NCBI RefSeq assembly: GCF_001194135.2
Contig: NC_068994.1
Span: 43,805,547-43,869,546 of the forward strand
Reading direction: 5' to 3'
DNA: 64,000 nt
DNA from: Octopus bimaculoides
Lineage: Eukaryota
Of the stretch, positions 41,098 through 53,714 are shown one piece after another. Within the stretch, counting starts at the first letter, position 1. Every line of letters starts with the position of its first letter. The position numbers and the translations under genes are program-made. The notes under the pieces are model-generated. The model worked only from the letters and a program-made list of their open reading frames with translations. It was not told the origin of the DNA and did no database searches.

Positions 41098-41145
41098 TTC
41101 GAAAAATTCCTTCGGAATGAGAACCCAGGTTTGAAATTTCCCCAA

Positions 41146-41191
41146 GACACATGATGAAGGCTGGAGGGTATATCAGCTGAAACGTTGTGTT
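41146..41191 (+). ncRNA. Minimal type I hammerhead (C3-to-A mutated copy)
   Basis: gacac-ATGATGA-a-ggctg/10-nt loop/cagct-GAAA-cgtt-gtgtt. Helix I is 5 bp and helix III is the palindromic AACGTT. The left-arm copy has intact CTGATGA but lacks the GAAAC segment. Confidence 0.6.
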
Positions 41192-42696
41192 AACAACAAA
41201 CAAGATGAGGACAAATATCCATCGAATGTAAATAATGTAAATAATGTAAATAATGTGTACCATTTCTTCCTCTCAGAGAAGTTACCCTGCATCGTTAATT
41301 CACTCCACATTCTAGCAAATCCAGGCCATCAGCAGAACTTTAATACGTTTAACCATGATAGAAACACTCAAAGACAGAATTTCCTCCTCTTTGACTTATT
41401 ATCCTTTTGAAATTTTGAACCAATATGCTGTACTGCTTGGCATTTGTACTGGAAGCTCCAATACGAACATTTCAGTGTGTTTGGGCGTCAGCCTGAGGAC
41501 GTATACTGAGTGATAAAAATCAAGCATCCAGTCAACATCATGGTTGTTGTTGTTGTTATTGTTGTTATCGTTGTTTTTGTTGTTGTTTAACCAGTCCTGG
41601 AGCAAACCTGACTGAGCAGACTATAAAGGCATCACTTTCGTAATTTAAACTTTGTTTTGTTATATAGCCTCCAGCTCAAACGTTTGATTGGGCAACCCTT
41701 TGGTAAAAGATTTTCCAAACATGACCATTCCCTCTTTTGAAGAGCATCTAGAGCTACAGTGTTCAATGTGTTTCTTCCCTGTTTTCATTTTTCAAGATGG
41801 AATTGTGTTATTTAAGGGAGGTTTCGCTATTAATTCTAGCAACCATGTTGTGACCGTGTGTTCCATTTAAGAGTGTTCGGTCTCTATAGGAGACAGAAGG
41901 TGCGATTTGAAGGCGATTTTGCTGCTATTTCTAGCAGGTCAAACGACCACGTCGAGGTTACTTCGTTATGTGATGTGGTAGGGACGGCTGATTCAGTGAT
42001 ACATAATTGACATGATCGTATGAACAAACGAAAGACTTTTTATGTGGTAGCCAGAAATAGTAGCCAAATCTCTCTTAAATAACACAATTACCATTTTTTT
42101 TTTTATAAAAAAAAAGAAGAGAAACACGTTGAACAATGTGGCCCTAGATCCTCTATAAAAGTCGGGATGGTCACGGTCGGAATATCGTTCACCAGAGGGC
42201 TGCTCAATCAAAAGTTGACCTGGAGAGTAAACAACAAGAAAAGGTTCAAATTCCCAAAGTGAGGCAACATGAGATTTAATGCCAAATACAGCGATAATAA
42301 AACACGCTTTTTGTCCCCTGTGTTCAATATCAGAACATTTACTTTGATTTGACGTAAGTTCAAAATTCAACACAGTCGTTATTAATTCTTTTGGTACAAT
42401 TTAGCGGTCACTGAACACAACCAACAGATTTCCCGCAAAGAATTTAACAAAAATAAGGAATACATAGTTGTCTCCCTCAGATCATGAATAAATGAATAAA
42501 TGACAACAACGTTTATATATTGGAACTTAATTAAAAAAGAAAAACACAGACCAAAACAATTTTAAATTCCAGAGTTTGAATTATAACAACTGTAATATAA
42601 ATAGCGCTGATATAAAACAAATATTGGAGGGTTGTAAGTAGATATTGGTCGAATATATTCAATAAAATTCTGAATAATTACAGTCAAATGACTGAA

Positions 42697-42751
<55 letters not shown>

Positions 42752-45005
42752 AAAGGTGTTGGTATCTAGAAGACCCAAAGAGTGGCAGGCTTCCTAGCTT
42801 CCTACACCTTGATCCTAGGAACTTATCTTTATATATTACTATATATATATATATATATGAGTGTGTATTATTTGCATGTATTATTTGTGCATATATTAGA
42901 TATATGTAACTTGAATATATGTTTATATCCTAATATGCACATACACACACAAACACACAGGCACACACAGTCTTGCACACGTGCATGTGCACATATGTGC
43001 ACACACACACACCTATTGTGATGGAGACAAATGAAACCTCTTATGTAGTTATTCCCTATGTGTATGTCATGCTGTGTGGGTGCTTTGTTAGGGGTTATCC
43101 AGGTACAGCTCAAATTTTTAAAAAGTTTAAGGTTTTAAAAATTTGCATTTACACTTGAGCATCTTGAAAAAAACATGATGTTGTTCATGATTTTATTATA
43201 CATGTGTATGGTTAATAAAACAAAATAAGCTATGTTTCTGTGTATATGTATGTATGCATGTATGTATTTGTGCATACATATATATATATATATGTATTTA
43301 TGTATGCATGTACAAGGATGTGTGTGTGAGCATATAAGTGTGGGTTTATCTAACTATCTATCTATCTAACTCTATAAATATATGTATCTATGTATGCATG
43401 TATGCATGCTGTATGTATGTTGTAAACATGGATGTATGTATCTGTGCATGTATGTATGTATATATGTATGTGTGCATGTATACATACATGTATGGATGCA
43501 TGCATGTATGTATGAATGAATATATGTATGCATGTATGTATGCATGCAAACATGTGTGTAAGTGTGTGTATGTATGTATGTATGTATGTATGAATGAGTG
43601 TGTAAGTGTGAGTATGGGTGAGTGCGTAGGTGTGTGCATGTATGTGTGTGTGTGCTTCTAAAGTCTAAACTTCAAATATATATATATATATATTTTTTTT
43701 TTACCATTCCACATGAAATATTTGTTTTCTCTTTCTTTTTTTTTTCCTTTGAACTCCAGTGCACTGTGAAGTCAAAAACACTGAGAACACTGCTATGATA
43801 TTTTTAAAAAAGTAAAAGACACGTTAGATAATGTAGTCACACACAGACACTACATCCGATCCGGCAGCAAAAGCAAAAGCAAAAAAAAAGAAACCAAAAA
43901 AAAATGAAAAAAAAAAGAAAAGAATGGACAATAAAACAGAAAACAAATTGTAGTGGTCAGGGCTTGATTGCTTTTGATCATAGATTACATCGACCAGAAC
44001 TGCCCCAGGGGTTAAACAACAATAATATATATGAAAGCTAACTAAAACTGGAAGCCCTGTGTGAGGGCACCATTGGTCAGCTAGTAAACAGGGTTTGATC
44101 CTTGCACTGCAAACTCACTTTTGATTTTGCTTCAAGTGTCATTATGTTTTTATATCTAGATTCAAGTTTTATGAATTTAAATATAAATACTACATAATAA
44201 GCTTTCTTTATCATTTAGGTTTCGTCCTGAAAAAATAAAAAAATCAGTTATGCAAAGTTTATCAATTCATTCTTTTTTTTTTTTTGGTAACTGATGAAGT
44301 CATTGACCAGACAGACACAAACACACACACACATGCACACTGATGCATGCATACATACATATTTACATACGCTTATGCATTAACATGTCCATTTGTCCGG
44401 TTATCTGTCAATATGTCCATCCGTCCGTCCGTCCATCCATCCATCCATCTATCTATATATATAAACATAATTTAGGGACCAGCAAAAGTTGCATCCATAC
44501 ATATATACATACATACTTACGTGCGCACATACGTACTTACATGCATACATACATACATACATACATACATACATGTGTACATGTGTACATACATTGATAC
44601 ACACATATGCATACAAAGAAAAGCATAATTTAAAAGGAAACAAAACACATAGAGGCAAATACAACTGACTCCAAAGAACACGATGAGATAATCTCAAAGA
44701 ATCGACAAAAAAATTTCTTGAATAATATGCCATGAAGAAAGAGATGTTTATTTTTTAACTTTTTTATTTATTCATTTATTCTTTAAAATTCTTTTTTTTT
44801 TTTGTTTCAGTCATTTGACTGTGGCCATGCTGAAGCACCGCCTTTAGTCAAACAAATCGACCCCAGGACTTATTCTTTTGTAAGCCTAGTACTTATTCTA
44901 TCGGTCTCTTTGGCCAAACCGCTAAGTTACAGGGACATAACCACACCAACAGTGGTTGTTAAGCAATGGTGGGGGACGAACACAGACACACAAACACACA
45001 CACAT

Positions 45006-45083
<78 letters not shown>

Positions 45084-46029
45084 GACAAGCTTCTTTCAGT
45101 TTCCGTCAACCAAATCCACTCACAAGGTTTTGATCAGGCCAAGGCTTTGATTGGGCCAAAGCTATAGTAGAAGACACTTGCCCAAGGTACCACACAGCCA
45201 TTTATTTACTGAGGACAAGACAGCTTTGAACATATGTTTAGCTCTCAATGGGCGCCATTATCAACTCACCATTGTTTTAACTTCCCAACCACCAAACATA
45301 GAACTTAGTGTGGAGACCGTTTATAGCCTAGGGCTAAGAATCATTAGCACACTGGACACAAAATATGTAGTGGCATGTTATCTGTCTTCAGATTCTGAGT
45401 TCAAATTCCACCAAGGTCAACTTTACCATTCATTCTTTCAGGGTCTATAAAATGAAGTATCAGTCAAGCACTAGGGTTGATGTAATTGACCCCTACTATC
45501 CTCCTAAAAGTCCTCACCTTGTGGCAGAATCAGGAACCACTGTTCTCTCAGTGTTTCAGTTGATAATATAGAAAGAATTCTTTGAGCTAGTCTTCATCTT
45601 GAAGACAAAAAAAAGCTAGAAATAGACTCTAATACAAGGAAATAGGAAAGGTTAATTCATTATTCATATTTAATTAATTCTATTAACAACCTCAGTGTCC
45701 TAGGTATTTAGATTCTCACTCAAGAGAGCCACAAAATCGTTTAATAGCGTATTAGTGCAATATCAGATAACGATTGTGAATGGTGGAATATTTAGACCAT
45801 TATCAACTGATATTAGGAATTAGATGGGACAATGGAGAAAAGAAGCCAATGATGAAAGTAATGAAGATGGTGGTAGCGGTGGTGGTGGTGGTGGTAGTGG
45901 TGGGTTAATGATGACAATGATGACAACGATTGTGTGCTTATACCACACAGAAGAGAATAACGAATATCATCAACATCATTATCAGTGGCAGTAGTAGTAG
46001 TAGTAGTAGTAGCATCATGAACACTGTAC

Positions 46030-46222
46030 TCTTTCTCTCTTTCTCTCTCTCTCTCTCTCGCTCTCTCTTTCTCTCTCTCTCTCGCTCTCTCTCTCTCTTT
46101 CTCTCTCTCTCTTTCTCTCTCTCTCTCGATCTCTCTCTTTCTTTCTCTCTCTCTCTCGATCTCTCTCTTTCTCTCTCTCTCACTCTCTCTCTCTCTTTCT
46201 CTCTCTCTCTTGTTCTCTCTCT
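46030..46222. repeat. (CT)n polypyrimidine microsatellite
   Basis: Direct reading. Confidence 0.95.
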
Positions 46223-46269
46223 CTAAATATGTGTGTGCATGTGCGTATGTGTGTGTATGGGCAAGTGTG

Positions 46270-46307
<38 letters not shown>

Positions 46308-46630
46308 TGTGTGTGTGTGTATATATATATATATATGTATGTATGTGTGTGTACATTGTACATCTACCTATATCTATGTGTCTGTATACACTACACATAT
46401 CTATCTATATGCATACACATACACATCTATATCATCTATATCTATATGTCTGTCTGCATGTGTGTGTGTGTGTGTGTGTATACACATCTCTCTATATCTA
46501 TATATGTGAGTATTTATNNNNNNNNNNTCTATATGCATACACATACACATCTATATCATCTATATCTATATGTCTGTCTGTGCATGTGTGTGTGTGTGTA
46601 TACACATCTCTCTATATCTATATATGTGAG

Positions 46631-46665
<35 letters not shown>

Positions 46666-47538
46666 GCAGGTATATATGTATATAGTTGTATATACATATA
46701 CATACACACACACACACACACACATATACATGTAACCCACACAACCACCCCTACCCCAGCTCGGCTAACTAAAATTTACATGATAAAACAAAACACAAAG
46801 ATGTAAGTTTTCTCTTCTTTTCACCACCACAACAACTGTTTTGTTTAGCTTTTATTTTGTTTTGTTTTTATTCCAAAGATAATAAAACATAAATAACAAC
46901 CACAACCACAACCACAACTACAACTACAACAAAAGAAACGGATGAACTGTAATATAAGCCTGTTATAATAAAATATTTTGTCTTTCATCTAAAACGTTCC
47001 TCTCTATTATTATTCAATTTCTGCTGTTATCATCACATCATAGATGATAGCTCTCTCTTTTTTTTTTTTTCTTTTAAAGAATGCATTTCATAAAAGACAT
47101 TCACAACCATTTTGTCAAAAGATTGCCACCTTCAAATTGTTAGTTTTGTTCCATTGTGTGAAAGATCTATCACTTTTCTGTGTCTTTTTCTACACAGGTG
47201 TAAATGGCTTTTGTTTCTTGTGTGCGTATGTATTTATTTTCTTGTAGGCCTGTGTGCATGTATGTGCGTGTTTCTGTGCGTGTGTGTGTGTGTGTGAGAG
47301 AGAGAAAGACAGAGTTTGAAGATATGACATTAAGGTGTAGCGTAAAATGAGTTATATATCTATGTTTGAGTGCAAATGCATAAGTGTGTACATGTTTGCA
47401 TACCTGCATGCATATAACTGCACATATGTATTCATTATACATGTGTGGTGTATTTGTGTCTTGTGTCTATGATGTGCATGTGTGTGTATATATATATATA
47501 TATATATTTATATGTGAATGTATAGATATATTTACATG

Positions 47539-47586
<48 letters not shown>

Positions 47587-47745
47587 NNNNNNNNNNNNNN
47601 NNNNNNNNNNNNNNNNNNNNNNNNNNNNNNNNNNNNNNNNNNNNNNNNNNNNNNNNNNNNNNNNNNNNNNNNNNNNNNNNNNNNNNNNNNNNNNNNNNNN
47701 NNNNNNNNNNNNNNNNNNNNNNNNNNNNNNNNNNNNNNNNNNNNN

Positions 47746-47865
47746 CTATATGCTAGAAATAGATGCCAAATTACCTAACCACAAAGAGTATGTTCTCAAG
47801 AGTATGTTTTCTTGAGAACATACTCTTCACGGTTAGGTGATTTAGCATCTATTTCTAGCATATAG
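47746..47865. repeat. Hairpin: 56-bp inverted arms (5 mismatches), 8-nt loop
   Basis: 47746-47801 versus the reverse complement of 47810-47865. The left end abuts an N gap. Confidence 0.9.
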
Positions 47866-47898
47866 GAGTCCACTTTTGGTGGTCATTCCTCTTAATTT

Positions 47899-47929
<31 letters not shown>

Positions 47930-50568
47930 TCTCAGTGGTTGGCGTTAGGAAGGGCATCCAGCTGTAGAAACTCTGCCAAATTAGATTGGAGCCTGGTGTT
48001 GCCATCCGGTTTCACCAGTCCTCAGTCAAATCGTCCAACCCATGCTAGCATGGAAAGCGGATGTTAAACGATAATGATGATGATGATGATGATATATATA
48101 CAAATATATATACACCTATATCTATGTATTTTAGTACAAGGCCAGCAATTTCAGGTGAGTGGGGTGTAAATGAATTACATCAACGCCAGTGTTCAACTGG
48201 TACTTATTTTATCAATCCCCAAAAGGATGAATGGCAATGTCAACCTCAGTAGAATTTGAATTCAGAACATGACGATAGACGAAATGCTACTAAGCATTTT
48301 TCCCAGCATGCTCACATTTCCACCCACTCACCACCTTACTAATAACTCTAATACTGAATATGATAAATGTTTAAATCTTGTTAATACTGATAAAGCAAAA
48401 TCATGTTGTATGCAGTTTAACTAAAAACAGCTTATAGACGGCTTTAAGCTTGAAATGGTTAAACCAAAACTCTTTGCATTGTGTGATGAGCTGGTAGAAT
48501 CATCAGTGCATTGGACACAAGATCTTTAAGAGTATAACACCTCTGGCTTTTAATGTTCGGAGTTCAAATACCTCTCAGATCAACTTTGCTTTTCATATTT
48601 TCAGAGTTGGGAAAAAAAACGTGGTCAGTTATGTACTGGAGTTGATCTAATTGACTTGCTCCCCTCCCCAAAAATTTCAGGCCTTGTGTCTAGAGTAGGA
48701 AAGAATATTATAACTATTAATTGTGAAAAGTGGTTTTACCCCAAGGTTGTGTAAAAAAAGAACCTCCCCTTATGCTGCAGGAAGAGGAGACATTCCTAGC
48801 GACACTTTATACAAAAGAAAAATTATTTAATTTTCTTAATTGTTTGTCATTTATTTCATCAATTATATTTTCACAGAGCAAGAGCTAAATACTTTTAGTA
48901 ATGAATATGAAATCCGTACCTGCAGGAGATAATGGGAAAGTATTACAGAAGCAGAATATATTCTATTTTTTGATGGATAATTAGCATCATTACATGAATG
49001 ACAACGAAATTTAATTATGCAGTCAAAGGGTTAAGTATTGAGGATGATGATATCAATTAATCCCTTCCAGCCAAATTACTGGCATTAATGCAATCATCAA
49101 ACCAAAAGATCATCCTGTATTCTAAATCAATTCAAGACAGTTTATTTGAATTATTAAAGTGTGCAATTAACAAAAAAAATAAGTAAGGTTTTACCAACTC
49201 AAAATTAAGAAATATATGAAAGGTTTATCAACTCAATCCAATTAAAATTTTTGGACCTCAAGCAAAATTAAGGAGAACCAGCTAACAGTTCCTATTAAAG
49301 TTCAGAGTGCATTCTTCTTTATGCAATGCGTTTGATGGCATATAAGACACTTATTTTCTTTTCTACTATAGGCACAAGGCCCGAAATTTTTGGGGAGGGG
49401 GCCAGTCAATTGAATTGATCCCTTTAGGCAACTGGCACTTCATTTATCAACCCCAAAAGAATGAAAGGCAAAGTTGACCTCAGCGGAATTTGAACTCAGA
49501 ACATAAAGACAGACAAAATACCGCTAAGCATTTCGCCCGGCGTGCTAACGTTTCTGCCAGCTCGCCTCCTTATAAGACACTTATTTTATCAAAAAACAAA
49601 ATGTTTCAAAAAACATTTCCATGGCCCCATATGGTGAATTGAGCCACTCATAAACTAATTTTGTCCATATGCTTGCTTTTTCTTGAATATACATTACTGA
49701 AATTGTAGTGCATCTAAATATGCGTGTACATCTTCTATGCCATTAAATATGGTAAAGTTTCTGCAATCAAAGATGACCCAGAAACAGAGATCATAGAATT
49801 GATTTCTTTATCAACAGAATCAATTGGACTCAGACAAAGACAAAAAATTCTTAATTGTCAAAGAACTTTGCCTAAAGCATTGCAGACATGGTTAGCTTCA
49901 AGATAATGGTGCAGTCAAATCAAACATTTGATTTACTCCAAATTCAGTAATTCATGCAAGCTTCCATGCAAAAATATTTTATACTTCTAGCAAAGACTAT
50001 TATCAAGGAAAATTTAGCAAACAATAAACAACTAAGCAAAACCAGCTTAAAACTTGAAGTGAGAGGTTATTATAAGATCCAGCACCAGAGCCCAAGTATT
50101 CAGTACTTTTAGCTAGTGTTAGAATGTTCAGCCACTTCTGGTCCTACAATCAGAGCTTTCTTCTCCAAAACCAGTTTGAAAACTACAATGAGTGATTATC
50201 ATAAGATCCAATGCCAGAACCAGGATATTCAGTACCCCAAGCCAGGGCTACAAATGTACATCCACTTCTCCCAACCCTACAATGAAATCTTCCTTCTCTG
50301 ATTTTTCACCAGCTGAAAATTCAGTAAAAAAAATTACTGTTGACTTGTGAACAAGAAATTTTTATAGTTTTATGATCATGTTACAAGGCAAAATTTGAAA
50401 TATTTCCTGCCCAATTATGTATCATGTCACAACACCATACAAGCCTCTTCTTGGCCCATTGATGCCCTACATTCACATATTAAGGATTATTTCTAGAATA
50501 TACCTCCCCAATTATCCATACATCTATCTGTAACTACATATCTGTGTGTGAGTGTATGCATGTATGTA

Positions 50569-50601
<33 letters not shown>

Positions 50602-51358
50602 TAGATTGGAGCCTGGTGTAGCCATCCGGTTGCACCAGTCCTCAGTCAAATCGTCCAACCCATGCTAGCATGGAAAGCGGACGTTAAACGATGATGATGA
50701 TGATGATGAGATATATATATATATATATATATAGATAGAGAAAGAGAGAGATTTGTTCACAATATTCATTATGCCCATAGCAAAAGCTAGGGCAGAGTTC
50801 ACAGCTATGTGTTGCATGATCTGTATGTATGTGTGAGTGTACACACATGTATGTATGTACATATGTGTATGTATGTGCACACCTATATATATGTCTGTGT
50901 ATGTATATGTTTATGTATATATGTATGCATGTATATATGTATGTTTGTATGTAGGTTACATATTGAATAGAATCACACAGCTTGTGTAGCCAGTTTAGAA
51001 ACAAGGAACAGTTTAAAAGAGATCTGGCATCAGATTAATAATAAAAGGCTATCAGGAATAGTCCATAGGAACTAAGCATATGGAACTGCCTAAGGCAAGA
51101 CAAAGTTCTTCACTTAACAGACTGGCAACTTATCATCACATAGGTAGACAGGAGGGAGCAGAGTGAAACACAGAGACCAAGGGACAACATGCAATGCCAA
51201 AAGAGTTTGAACTCATGACACGTAGGCCACAGGTCTAGCATCTTTTACCCATAATGTTTCTTTCTTAGCTACCCAGATGTTGATGCTTGGCACCTATTCA
51301 GAAGCTCTTCGAACATGTGTATAATATGCATATTACCATATGTGTGTATATATATATG

Positions 51359-51486
<128 letters not shown>

Positions 51487-52535
51487 GTATGTATTTATGC
51501 TTTTATATGTATGTATGTGTGTGTGTGTGTGTGTATATATAATATCTATAGATATATATACATATGTATGTATGTATGCTTTTATATGTATGTATATGTG
51601 TGTATGTATGTATATACACATATATTCATAAATATACATACCCGCACACACATATATATAAGTAGCTTGTTTTTTTTTGTTTTTAATCGTTAAACACAAG
51701 TATAAAGATTAGTGGTGGATTTTTAAACTCTGTTGGTGTGTATGAGATGCCAAAGGACCTTGACTAGTGGCAAAATACTGCAGAGCCTGCTAGATATTAA
51801 TCTGAGGATAATTTTAGCCCTGTTTCTAACAAATTTAATAACCACATAGAAGCTCCTTCATTGGCTTGTGGCATAATGTATTACTATGTTGTACTATATC
51901 TTACTTACTTGACTACAAAATCTGGACAGTTTCCTCAGAGGCACAAGCCTAGTTGAGTAATTGAGGAGCTCACTAGGTGACCACATGGTTTCAGGTTCAG
52001 TCCTCAATGTAGCATCCTGAAGTGAGTGTCTTCTATTATAGCCCTTGGCCTACCAATGCCTTGTGAGTGAATTTGGTAGATGGAAATTGTGAAAAAGCCT
52101 GTCATGTAAGTGTGTGCATGTGTGCATGTCTGTGTGTCTGTGTATCTGAGTGTATGTGTGTGCATGTGCGTGTGTATATGTGTGTGTATATTTTTTGTGT
52201 TTTTTTCCCACCCCCACTACTATTTGACAACTACCATTGGTTTGTTCACATCCCTGTAACTTAGTGGTTCATAAAAAAATTGACCAATAGAAGTAGCAGA
52301 CCAAATTGTTTGACTAATCCCTATAAACCAGTGCTCCAGCATGACTGAAACAAGACAAGGATAAAAGTTAAAGATCATAAGCAAGGGCATGGCTCTGTGG
52401 TAAGAAGCTTGCTTCTCAACCACATGGTTCTAGGTTCAGTCCTGCCGTGTAGCATCTTGGGTAAGTGGATTTGGTAAACAGAAACTGAAAGAAGCCTGTT
52501 GTGTGTGTGTGTGTGTGTGTGTATGTGTGTGTCTT

Positions 52536-52567
<32 letters not shown>

Positions 52568-53100
52568 ACTTTGTGGTTCGGCAAAAGAGACCAATAGACT
52601 TAGTACTAGACTTACAAAGAATAAGTCCTGGGGTCGATTTCTTTTACTGAAAAACACTGTAAGGCAGTGCTCCAGCATGGCCGCAGTCAAAATAACTGAA
52701 ACAAGTAACAGAATAACAGAATATATGTGTCTCTCAATGTGCCTACCTCTGCGCAACAGTATTCTTCCTTTGTTACTTTTCAGATACAGCTTCCACCATC
52801 CATTACCAATAAATGCTTTTCTGTTTGTTGAAGGCAATGAGCTGGCAGAATCATTGCCACCTTAGGCAAAATGCTTAACAGCATTTCATCCATCTTTACG
52901 TTCTGAGCTTAAATTCTTTGCCTTTCATAAGACGAAAGGTGAAGTCAACCTCGGTGGAATTTGAACTCAGAATGTAAAGACGGATAACATGCTGTTAAGC
53001 ACTTCATCCGGTGTGCTAACAATTCTGCCAGCTCACCACCTTAATAATAATAACAATAATAATATTAATAATAATAATAATGATAATAAGAAGAAGAAGC

Positions 53101-53675
53101 GCTGGGACCTATATACACTGGAAGCTATGCCAACACTATGGAATAACAACAGGAAAAAGATGGTATAAACACACACCAGAAAAGGTCACAGAAAACGAGA
53201 AAGCAACCATACTCTGGGATATGCCAATACACACAGATAGAGAAATTAAGGCAAATAGACCAGATATAGTTGTCAAAGATCATGAAGAAAAAAAATGCTT
53301 TCTAATTGATGTATCAATACCAGCAGATGACAATGTTTCCCTAAAAGAAATGGAGAAGCTTTCAAAATACAAAGACCTGGAAATAGAGGTAACTCGAATG
53401 TGGAATCTAAAAACAGAAACAATTCCTATCATAGTAGGTGCTTTAGGTATAATAAAAAAAATATTCAGACAAATACATAACAAAAACACCAGAACTTACA
53501 AATATATATAACATACAGAAAATTGCACTACTGGGCACTGCACACATCCTACGCAAAACACTTTCAATACAGTAACCATAAGAGCATCACAACAAACCAC
53601 AGCACATACCCAAGGCACACAGAGCTGCGCTCGGTAGTGAAGTGAAAGCACGTTATAAAAATAAAACTACTGAAC

Positions 53676-53710
<35 letters not shown>
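53101..53710 (+). mobile_element. 5'-truncated R4/Dong-like LINE: REL endonuclease domain, 3'UTR and (AAT)n tail
   Basis: IHWKLC..TILWDMPIHTDREIKANRPDIVVKD..CFLIDVSIP..EKLSKYKDL..IPIIVGALG (PD..D REL motif). A frameshift in the A-run at about 53455 separates it from ...LLGTAHILRKTLSIQ* (stop at 53575). AAT runs on both sides. Confidence 0.9.

Positions 53711-53714
<4 letters not shown>

Larger units (their letters stand above)
40730..41276. mobile_element. Inverted pair of PLE-type terminal repeats (40730-40868 minus, 41101-41276 plus)
   Basis: Arms are reverse complements (GAAAAATTCCTT.GGAATGAGAACCCAGGTT.GAAATTTCCCCA.GACAC.TGATGAAGGCTGGAGGGTATATCAGC). The spacer holds (AAT)n plus a LINE fragment. 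Confidence 0.75.

Noticed and set aside
42330-42460. Possible promoter (TGACGTAA CRE-like and TTTCCCGC E2F-like sites)
   Set aside because: Two 8-mers in 64 kb are not significant, and there is no CpG island or linked first exon
46395-46640. Direct duplication around the 46518-46527 gap
   Set aside because: Most likely an assembly overlap across a 10-N gap in low-complexity sequence
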